A DNA stretch of 62,901 nucleotides, from contig JACRAK010000005.1 in the NCBI GenBank assembly GCA_016234725.1, positions 1 to 62,901 of the forward strand. The letters run 5' to 3'. Below the pieces are notes generated by a model that searched no databases, was not told where the DNA came from, and was given only the letters and a program-made list of their open reading frames with translations. The position numbers and the translations under genes were made by a program. Below are positions 34,063-42,889 of this stretch, in pieces. This DNA is from Candidatus Azambacteria bacterium (GTDB lineage Bacteria; Patescibacteriota; Minisyncoccia; GWC2-36-17; WO2-46-25). The stretch's first letter is position 1. The number at the start of each line of letters is the position of its first letter.

Positions 34063-35041
34063 TGTATACCGGCAACGAAAACCAAAACCGCGAACCGACG
34101 CCTTCCTGCGATTCAAACCCGATCGCACCACCCGACGCCTCAATGATGAATTTGACCAGATACAACCCGACGCCAAGCCCTTTTGTTTGATACGAAAATT
34201 CGTTCGACGCACGGAAAAACTTCTGAAAGATATTTTTGTGCTCATGAGCAGGAATGCCGACGCCCTTATCTTTGATCTCAAACATCACGCGGTCATTTTC
34301 TTGCCGCAAGGTGATCACAATGGACGAATGCTCTCTGCTGTATTTTATCGCATTGTCCACTAAGTTTTCTATCACCAGCCGCGTGCGGAACGGATCGGCG
34401 AGTACAGGCGCGATCACCTCTTCGCCCCAGAGTTCAATGGTGCTGTGCTTTGCTTCCAGGTCGTGCGCGCGCAAGGCGATGATCTTTTTTACGCTCTCGC
34501 GCATATCGAACCGCCCGAAATTCATGGTCACCCGACCCGCCTCGATGCGCGCGATATCAAGCAGCGTATTCACGATGTTCACCATTTTATTGGTGCTTTC
34601 TTTGATGATCATATACGCTTCTTGCTGTTTTGCGCTCTCGGGCGACGTACCGTCGCTTTCGATCGTGCTTGCCGACCACTTCAGCGCGGTAAGCGGTGTG
34701 AGCAATTGATGCGAGATGATGTCTAAAAATTGCGATTTGAGCCGACTTACCTCGACGATCTTTGCAAAACTCTGGATGATGATATGCCCGATGATAAGCA
34801 CGATGCCCGCCGTGCCAAGCGCCAAAAGCGCGCTTATCTGCGGGTCCTGATCGAACCGACTTGCGATAAAATACGCCGTCAGCGTAGACACCGTCACCGC
34901 CACGCCCATAAGCACGAAAAGAAATGTCGGGCATTTCCACACCGACACGTTGAAATCTTCCCTGCACCCCCGCACGATATTGAACTGACGTAAGAATTTT
35001 AACAGCATGGATGCGCATAGTATACCACATTTTCCATGCAA
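34049..35041 (-). CDS. Sensor histidine kinase (HisKA + HATPase_c)
   Basis: H-box FLDIISHQLLTPLTAL, N/G boxes LVDNAIKY, DKGVGIP, GLGVGL. Two N-terminal TM helices. The start codon is uncertain (several in-frame Met). Confidence 0.8.
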   Translation of the reverse strand: MHGKCGILCASMLLKFLRQFNIVRGCREDFNVSVWKCPTFLFVLMGVAVTVSTLTAYFIASRFDQDPQISALLALGTAGIVLIIGHIIIQSFAKIVEVSRLKSQFLDIISHQLLTPLTALKWSASTIESDGTSPESAKQQEAYMIIKESTNKMVNIVNTLLDIARIEAGRVTMNFGRFDMRESVKKIIALRAHDLEAKHSTIELWGEEVIAPVLADPFRTRLVIENLVDNAIKYSREHSSIVITLRQENDRVMFEIKDKGVGIPAHEHKNIFQKFFRASNEFSYQTKGLGVGLYLVKFIIEASGGAIGFESQEGVGSRFWFSLPVYKYKT

Positions 35042-35102
35042 ATATAATTTACAAAATATAAAAAAATGTGCATACTGGAACTCATTCTATCTCTGTACGC
35101 CG

Positions 35103-35173
35103 CGGGGTGTCGTATACCGGCAGTACGCCTGTTTTGGGAACAGGTAGACTGGGTTCAATTCCCAGCACCCCGA
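35103..35173 (+). tRNA. tRNA-Pro (anticodon TGG)
   Basis: Acceptor CGGGGTG/CACCCCG, anticodon loop TTTGGGA, T-arm CTGGGTTCAATTCCCAG, discriminator A. Confidence 0.85.
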
Positions 35174-35304
35174 CTGAGTGAAGTAAAGAGAGGTGCGGCG
35201 CGCAAACTGCTTTGCGCGCGATGGGAATTGAAGGGTTATGCTCTGTGCGCAAGCACGGCATAACCCCGGCCCGCAGGGAATTCCCAGCACCCCGACTGAG
35301 TGAA
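35174..35304 (+). repeat. tRNA-linked structured element, copy 4 (short variant, cognate to tRNA-Pro)
   Basis: GGGAATTGAAGGGT at 35223, where AATTGAA is the reverse complement of this tRNA's T-loop TTCAATT. Hairpins GCGCGCAAA-CTGC-TTTGCGCGC and TTATGC..GCATAA. 26 nt perfect direct repeat aattcccagcaccccgactgagtgaa at 35157-35182 and 35279-35304. Confidence 0.7.
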
Positions 35305-35308
35305 ATAA

Positions 35309-35341
35309 AAGAAGCCCGCATGTTTCCGGGCTTCTTTTTTG
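35309..35341. terminator. Bidirectional Rho-independent terminator
   Basis: AAGAAGCCCG-catgtttc-CGGGCTTCTT followed by TTTTTT. Confidence 0.7.
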
Positions 35342-35953
35342 TTATTTCGTCGCTTTCGCGACGAGCTGTTGTATTGCCTCGTATCCGAGGCGTTCCTTCC
35401 AGGAGAAATAATCGTTGTACGGAATGCGGTGGATATTCATCTCTTCGCCGTCCGTCACTTTCAAAAGAGATACGATGGTCGTTTCAATGCCTTCTTTTTC
35501 CTTGAACCTTTTCTTTGCGTTCATTAACGATTCAACAACGTCAATGGGCGAGATCCCGTTGTCCCTCGCCGCCTCGCACGGAAAATGATTTTCCGCTAAG
35601 ATCGCCCCATACCCTTTCTTCAACGCGAACTTGATGACCGAGATCAGGTCCTTGTCCGTGGTATGACCAGGCTTTATGAGTTTTGAACCATCATCAAACA
35701 CAAGCGTTCCACCGGGCCAAGGAACAGGCCAAAACGAGAGTTTATGTGTTTTATCGTACTTCTTCATAAAAACATCCGTGCTCCGCACATAATGCCTGCC
35801 GTCACAGCAACTCACATAAATGACGTTTTCTTTCCGGGGAATCGTTTCATTCCCGCAGAAATGCTCTTTCTTCATATCGTGCAGCAGGCCCGCATCCTTC
35901 AACACCCTCATCACCGCCCGCTCTTCAGGCGACAGCTCCAAGTGCTTTATCAT
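35342..35953 (-). CDS. Hypothetical protein with beta-carbonic-anhydrase-like CxDxR ... HxxC motif pair
   Basis: 203 aa. VSCCDGRH (CxDxR) and ENHFPCEAA (HxxC), in the spacing and length range of beta-class carbonic anhydrases. The assignment rests on motifs only. Confidence 0.35.
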   Translation of the reverse strand: MIKHLELSPEERAVMRVLKDAGLLHDMKKEHFCGNETIPRKENVIYVSCCDGRHYVRSTDVFMKKYDKTHKLSFWPVPWPGGTLVFDDGSKLIKPGHTTDKDLISVIKFALKKGYGAILAENHFPCEAARDNGISPIDVVESLMNAKKRFKEKEGIETTIVSLLKVTDGEEMNIHRIPYNDYFSWKERLGYEAIQQLVAKATK

Positions 35954-36058
35954 CCTTTCTCCCTCCTTGGTTTATTTGGTTTATTTTATTGTAAAGCTAC
36001 TATCTTTAAAACGAATCGGCTCGTACTCTACGCCCTCCGTATAAAAAGTCAACAGACG

Positions 36059-36484
36059 TTATGCACCCATCTGCTTATGGGTCCTCTTCTTGCGGATAAG
36101 CTTGAGGTGGAGAAGGTTTTTTTGAAGCATCGACTTGGCTTCCGCCATTTCGCGTTCGGTGAGTTTCTCTTGCATCATCTTCTGCGCCTTCTCGCGCGCC
36201 TCGCTTGCCTTTTGCTCATCAAGCTCGTCGAACCGCTCCGCGCTGTCGGTGAGCAGCACGACGTTGTCTTGCGTTACGCGGAGCACGCCGCCGATCACGG
36301 CAAGATGCGTGCGCTCGCCGCCATGCGAAATCACCATCTCTCCTTCATGGATGATGCTGACAAGCGGCACATGGCCCGCAAGCACGCTGATCTCGCCGCC
36401 TGAGGTCGGCAAAATAAGCGACTCTGCGTCGCCCTCATAGACGACTTTTTCTTGCGTGATGATTTGCAGATGAAACGTTTTCAT
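36059..36484 (-). CDS. atpC: F1 ATP synthase epsilon subunit
   Basis: MKTFHLQIITQEKVVYEGDAESLILPTSGGEISVLAGHVPLVS... 141 aa. Confidence 0.9.
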   Translation of the reverse strand: MKTFHLQIITQEKVVYEGDAESLILPTSGGEISVLAGHVPLVSIIHEGEMVISHGGERTHLAVIGGVLRVTQDNVVLLTDSAERFDELDEQKASEAREKAQKMMQEKLTEREMAEAKSMLQKNLLHLKLIRKKRTHKQMGA

Positions 36485-36520
36485 TACTTTGAATTACAAA
36501 ATGTATCTCCTACGCGGTTA

Positions 36521-36632
36521 GAAGCGGTCATCCGCAACTCTTTCTTCCATCCGCTCGCGCCCTTTTATAGTTATAATAATGAAGGGCTGCGCTTCCGTTA
36601 AGATTGCAGAAAGAGTTGCGGATGACCGCTTC
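36521..36632. repeat. Conserved-core long hairpin element, copy C (between atpD and atpC)
   Basis: 24 bp perfect stem gaagcggtcatccgcaactctttc / gaaagagttgcggatgaccgcttc. Core in the same orientation as copy A. Confidence 0.75.
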
Positions 36633-36653
36633 ACAAAGAGCAATGTAAAGTTA

Positions 36654-38048
<1,395 letters not shown>

Positions 38049-39617
38049 TTAAAGGTCGTTCCCCGAATATGATAGATTAAAGCTTTTATTTATTAAAGGG
38101 AAGTCCGGCACGATGTTCCCCGGACCGGCATGTTCGATCAAGCTCCAATTCAAAAAAGAAGGGTCGCGCACGTCTACTCTGCTGATGTCGCCCTGCCCGT
38201 CGGTCATCACCACATACACGATCTCTCCCCGCCATCCTTCCACCATGCTCACGACAACCGCATTTTTTTCCAAAGAAAAACCCCCGCCTGCCGTTACCGT
38301 ATCGCTGCCGCCCGGCAATTTTTCGAGCGCTTCCTTGATGAGTTTATACGAAGAATATACCTCCTTGATGCGCACATAGAACCGTGCGTTGACGTCCCCC
38401 TCTTTGCCGGTCGCAACTGCAAGGTCGCAATGAGGGTACGCGGCGTACGGATGATCCGCCCGCACATCGTGCGCGATGCCCGCCGCTTTAGCCGCAACAC
38501 CCGTCGCGCCATGATCGCGCGCGACTTCGTGCGATACCACGCCGGTGTCTTTAAGCCGATTAAGCAGCGACGCGCTGTTTTCCGCGACATCGATGACCTG
38601 CGAGAAATCATTGATGATACGCCGCAATTCTTCAATGAGCTTTCCTTTTTCTTCTTTTGTAATATCTCGGGAGACGCCGCCGATCACGTTCACCATTCTC
38701 AAAAACCTGCTTCCGGTCAAACGCTCGTTGATCTGCATGACCATCTCGCGCAATCTGCCGCCGTTGGCGCCGCCGAAATTAAACCCGGTGTCCAGCATGA
38801 TCGCCCCGATGTCGCCGAAATGGTTCGCGAGCCGTTCAAGCTCCGCATATACGACGCGAAGATATTTTGAGCGCTCCGCCGCCTTCACGCCCCCGAGCCG
38901 CTCGATCGCCTGGCAGAACGCAAGCGAGTGGGAGAACGAACTGTCTCCCGATATCTTTCCCGACAGGCGGATCTTTTTTTCAAGCGGCAATGTCTCAAAT
39001 AATTTCTCGGTCCCTTTATGCACGAACCCGAGCCGCGGCTCAAGCGAAAGGATCTCTTCGCCCGCTACGTTGAACCGGAAATGCCCCGGCTCGATGATGC
39101 CCGCGTGAATGGGACCTACCGGGATCTCATACACTCCTTCGCCTTCCACCCGCTGAAAATCATACCGTCCATGCGCGCGCGGAGGCCTTTCCTTCCCGTT
39201 GAAATCCTTCCGCAACGGAAACACATCGGCAGGCCAATTTTCATGCAAGATAAGCGGCCGCGGGTCGGGATGCCCGACCGGGGTAAGACCGAAGAACGTT
39301 TTTATTTTCCTTTCATAATTCCACGCCTTATGGATGACCGGCGCGCATGAGGGAAATTCCTCCCTATTGCGGAGCGCGATAAAAGGAACAATGAACGCGC
39401 GTTCCTCGGGCGCGAAAAACACATAGAAAATTTTAAAACATCCGTGCTCGTTCCGCTCATCCGCCGCAGTGATCATTTTTAACGATAACGAATGTACGGC
39501 GTACAGCTTTGTGACGACATCCACGATCTCGTCTGCGGGCACTTCAAACAGCGCCGTATTCCCGCTCATGCGGGCGGTGAACTTTTCCGGAATGTAGTGA
39601 CGAATATTTTCTAGCAT
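38049..39617 (-). CDS. Fused NuoC-NuoD / HycE-like large subunit lacking the NiFe-ligating cysteines
   Basis: PVGPIHAGIIEPGHFRF and LEPRLGFVHKGTEK are typical of group 4 hydrogenase large subunits and NuoD. The L1 site reads ISGDSSFSH instead of RxCGxCxxxH. The C-terminus reads NLSYSGNDL instead of DPCxxCxx(R/H). Start taken at the ATG at 39617; the longer ORF runs to 39656. Confidence 0.8.
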   Translation of the reverse strand: MLENIRHYIPEKFTARMSGNTALFEVPADEIVDVVTKLYAVHSLSLKMITAADERNEHGCFKIFYVFFAPEERAFIVPFIALRNREEFPSCAPVIHKAWNYERKIKTFFGLTPVGHPDPRPLILHENWPADVFPLRKDFNGKERPPRAHGRYDFQRVEGEGVYEIPVGPIHAGIIEPGHFRFNVAGEEILSLEPRLGFVHKGTEKLFETLPLEKKIRLSGKISGDSSFSHSLAFCQAIERLGGVKAAERSKYLRVVYAELERLANHFGDIGAIMLDTGFNFGGANGGRLREMVMQINERLTGSRFLRMVNVIGGVSRDITKEEKGKLIEELRRIINDFSQVIDVAENSASLLNRLKDTGVVSHEVARDHGATGVAAKAAGIAHDVRADHPYAAYPHCDLAVATGKEGDVNARFYVRIKEVYSSYKLIKEALEKLPGGSDTVTAGGGFSLEKNAVVVSMVEGWRGEIVYVVMTDGQGDISRVDVRDPSFLNWSLIEHAGPGNIVPDFPLINKSFNLSYSGNDL

Positions 39618-39633
39618 ATGGTTGCAATAAGTT

Positions 39634-41079
39634 CTAATACGATGCCGCGACCGCACTCACCAACGTATACAGATACGCGGGCGGATGCACGCTCAGATAT
39701 ACGAATAAAACGACAAGCACAAAAGAAGGGATGATGAGCCACGCGCTCGATTCCCCTTGAGCGATCTCCTCCGGCTTTTCCCCGAACATCATCGCGTGAG
39801 TATGCTTCAGAAACGCGACAAATGCAACGATGAGCGAAAGCACGGCAACGATCACGGCAACCGGATGCGCCGCCATGCCTGCGGCCGCGATGTGCGCTTT
39901 GGTCAAAAACAACCCCAGCGGCGGGATGCCGCTTGCCGCGAGAAATCCGAAAATGAACAGCGCGCTCGTTGCGGGGATCGCGCGCAAGGCGCCCCGCACA
40001 TGGCGTATCTTTGTCGAGCTGTATTTCAAAAAGATGTTGCCTGCGGCAAAAAAGAGAATTGCCTTGGCCAGCGAGTGATACACCATGTGAAGCGCCGCCG
40101 CCAAGGCGCCGATGCCCCCGAACCCAAAACCCAGCGCCATCATGCCGGCATGTTCGATGCTTGAATACGCGAGAAGCCGCTTGTAATTTTTCTGAGCGAA
40201 CATAATGAACGCGGCAACAACGACCGACAGCACCCCGAGCGCCACCAGCAACTGGCCGGTGAACTCGGTACCCACCGCGCTATCCGTGATCGATTTGAAC
40301 CGCAGCATCGCGGCAAGCGCGACATTGAGCAATGCGCCGGAAAACAGCGCCGCGATCGGCGTCGGTGCCTTGCCGTACGCATCGGGCTTCCATGTGTGCA
40401 TGGGCGCAAGACCGATCTTCGTGCCATACCCGATCAGCACGAAGATGAATGCGATCTTCGCGATCACCGGATCCAGCGCTCCCGCATGCGACGACAGCAG
40501 CCCCCAGTCCACCAGCGGCATGCTTCCGCCCGTTTCCACCGACGTGAAATACAGCAATGTCCCGAAAAACCCGAGCAACAGGCCGACCGAATTGATGATC
40601 AGATATTTCCATGCCGCCTCCATCGCCGACGGCTTATTGTAAAAGCTTATGAGAAACGCCGTCGAGAGCGTGGTCGCTTCGATGGCGATCCACGTCAGGA
40701 TCGGGTTTGCGGTCGATGCGGCAAAAAGCATCGCGCCGACAAATAGGTTAAAGAAAAGAAAATACTGCCTCGTTCTGCTGCTGCCGATCACCTTTTTTTC
40801 CGCTTCTTCCCGTATATACGCTACCGAATAAAACGCCGCAGCGCACCCCACGACCGCGATCGTGGCGATCACCAATGCGCCGAGCGCGTCAACGGAAAAA
40901 TACACCGAGCGGGAATACACGCCGTCTTTCGCGACATTGAACGCAAGCAGTGCGGCAGATGCCAGCACCACGACAGAAGCGATCATGGTTGCCGCTTCCA
41001 TGACAGCTCTCCGCTTGGTGATAAGCGCGATACATGAAGCGATACACGGCGATGCGATGGCGAGGAATATAAGGCTCAT
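39634..41079 (-). CDS. Proton-conducting antiporter-like membrane subunit (HyfF / NuoN-M / MrpD-like)
   Basis: About 481 aa polytopic protein of the Proton_antipo_M type. Start taken at the ATG at 41079, adjacent to the upstream stop. Confidence 0.75.
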   Translation of the reverse strand: MSLIFLAIASPCIASCIALITKRRAVMEAATMIASVVVLASAALLAFNVAKDGVYSRSVYFSVDALGALVIATIAVVGCAAAFYSVAYIREEAEKKVIGSSRTRQYFLFFNLFVGAMLFAASTANPILTWIAIEATTLSTAFLISFYNKPSAMEAAWKYLIINSVGLLLGFFGTLLYFTSVETGGSMPLVDWGLLSSHAGALDPVIAKIAFIFVLIGYGTKIGLAPMHTWKPDAYGKAPTPIAALFSGALLNVALAAMLRFKSITDSAVGTEFTGQLLVALGVLSVVVAAFIMFAQKNYKRLLAYSSIEHAGMMALGFGFGGIGALAAALHMVYHSLAKAILFFAAGNIFLKYSSTKIRHVRGALRAIPATSALFIFGFLAASGIPPLGLFLTKAHIAAAGMAAHPVAVIVAVLSLIVAFVAFLKHTHAMMFGEKPEEIAQGESSAWLIIPSFVLVVLFVYLSVHPPAYLYTLVSAVAASY

Positions 41080-41080
41080 A

Positions 41081-41728
41081 TTATTCTTTGAGGCGCTGCA
41101 TGGCGGTGACATCAAGCGACCCGAATTGTTTATACATCATGGACGTGAATACGGTTGCCACGACCACCCACACTAAAATATCGAACATGATCCCCATCTG
41201 AAGCCCCGGCGCCTGTTCGAGCCCGGCGAACACCGCGAACGCGACGATGCTGTTTTCAAGCGACAAGATCCCGATCATCTGCGAGATCGCTCCTTTGCGG
41301 TTGACGATAAGGAACAGGGAAATGAGCATCATCGCGAGCGCAAGCGAGAGCATGCCTTCGCGCCCGTTGCCGAGAGCAACAAGCGGAGCGAAAATATGCG
41401 AACGCGTGAGCGCGGTGAGCGCAGCGACCGCGATCAGCGTCAACGGGACGCTCAGGTACGTGCTCGCAGAGAACTTCAACTGATGCCGCTTGATCAAATG
41501 CGCGAAAAACAGGGGCGCGATCAGCGTCTTCACGGCGAACGTCGCGAGCGCGACGAACAACAGCGGCCGCGAATCCGCTTCGATCGATGCCGCGAGCAAT
41601 ATCGTTGCCATCGCGGCGGATTGCGCACAATACAAAACCGCCGCCGTCGAATTCTTCTTCACCACGTGCAAAAACACCGCGGCAAGGAACATGATGACTA
41701 TCAATAATTGTACGAAAAGATGTTCCAT
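41081..41728 (-). CDS. HyfE-like small membrane subunit (NuoK-related)
   Basis: About 215 aa with 6-7 TM helices. The length and position match hydrogenase-4 component E. Confidence 0.6.
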   Translation of the reverse strand: MEHLFVQLLIVIMFLAAVFLHVVKKNSTAAVLYCAQSAAMATILLAASIEADSRPLLFVALATFAVKTLIAPLFFAHLIKRHQLKFSASTYLSVPLTLIAVAALTALTRSHIFAPLVALGNGREGMLSLALAMMLISLFLIVNRKGAISQMIGILSLENSIVAFAVFAGLEQAPGLQMGIMFDILVWVVVATVFTSMMYKQFGSLDVTAMQRLKE

Positions 41729-41960
41729 GATCACATACCTTGCATTATAAAATGGCTTTTGAGATATTTTTTAGGTAATTTTGAGCGAGACGAAGCAAAA
41801 ATTTTGAAGGTCGAATCAAAGTTCGACATTGCTGTTTGTGAGCCAATCGCTTCGCTCTTGGACAAACAGGGAACATATACGGCGTATACATTGAAAAGTT
41901 TTTGCAAAGCCGCAGCCGAAATTACCAAAAAAGAGCCAAAATGTATTTTATAATTCAAGG

Positions 41961-42887
41961 TCATATAAGGCCGATGGCGATAACGCTTAAAATAAATGAT
42001 ACGAACAGCACGTCCGGCAAGCGGAAGAACCGGAGTTTTGCGATGACCGATTCCACGACCGCAATGCTCGCACAAAACGCAAGCGCTTTTATCGCAAATG
42101 CGACAAGCGCACCCGCAAGAGCGACCATGCTTGCATCATGCGCGATGCCCCACGGGAAAAACAAGTTCGCCCCGAGCGCAATGAAGATCATGAGCTTGTT
42201 TGCGGACGCCCACTCTATCAGCGCGAGCCGCTTTCCCGAATACTCAAGGATCATCGCTTCGTGGATCATGGTGAGCTCAAGATGCGTGGAAGGATTATCG
42301 AACGGAAAGCGCTTGTTCTCCGCAAGCAGCACGATAAAGAACCCGGCGAACGCGAAAAATGCCGGCAGCATCGATGTGAGCTCGGCGGAAGCAATGGTCT
42401 CTGCGACCCTAAACACATTGCTCGTGCCGCTCATCAGCGCGACCGTCAACAGCGAAAAGAGCAGACCGCCTTCTGCGAGCGCGGCAACCGTCACTTCCCT
42501 GCTTGATCCAAACCCTCCGAACGCGCTGCCCGTATCCATGCCGGCAAGCGCAACGAAAAACGTCGCGGCCGCCATGAGATAGACGATAACGAGGATATCG
42601 CTCGTGAATCCATTCGCCATAAACGACGCGAACACGGGAACGCTCGCGCCGACCACCAGCGTGATGGCAAAGATGGCGAGCGGCGCAAAACGAAAGATCC
42701 ACGATGCGTCGGCGCTGATCACCTCATCCTTATGCAAAAGCTTCCATATATCGCGATACGGCTGAAGCACGCTTGCGCCCTTCCGGTTCTGCAACACCGC
42801 CTTGATCTTCCTGATAACGCCGATAATAAGCGGGGAAAGCGCCGGTATGCACAGTATTTGCATTGTCCACAGAATGCCCAGTGTCAT
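41961..42887 (-). CDS. NuoH / HycD / HyfC-like membrane subunit
   Basis: IIGVIRKIKAVLQNRKGASVLQPYRDIWKLLHKDEV (the NuoH/HycD N-terminal signature). 308 aa. Confidence 0.8.
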   Translation of the reverse strand: MTLGILWTMQILCIPALSPLIIGVIRKIKAVLQNRKGASVLQPYRDIWKLLHKDEVISADASWIFRFAPLAIFAITLVVGASVPVFASFMANGFTSDILVIVYLMAAATFFVALAGMDTGSAFGGFGSSREVTVAALAEGGLLFSLLTVALMSGTSNVFRVAETIASAELTSMLPAFFAFAGFFIVLLAENKRFPFDNPSTHLELTMIHEAMILEYSGKRLALIEWASANKLMIFIALGANLFFPWGIAHDASMVALAGALVAFAIKALAFCASIAVVESVIAKLRFFRLPDVLFVSFILSVIAIGLI

Positions 42888-42889
42888 AG

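Noticed and set aside
32886-34190. Long antisense ORFs opposite recognised genes. Examples: 32886-34190(+), 10740-11504(+), 12925-13701(+), 14508-15422(+), 45974-47122(+), 55124-56311(+), 1336-1995(+), 38130-38870(+), 43047-43880(+).
   Set aside because: Each lies entirely opposite a gene with clear family signatures (PilB, PilC paralog, GDE, GT3 synthase, AtpG/AtpA, the Cys-repeat protein, GT2, the HycE-like gene and the HyfB-like gene). Their translations are Arg/His/Pro-rich low-complexity sequences, typical of shadow frames.
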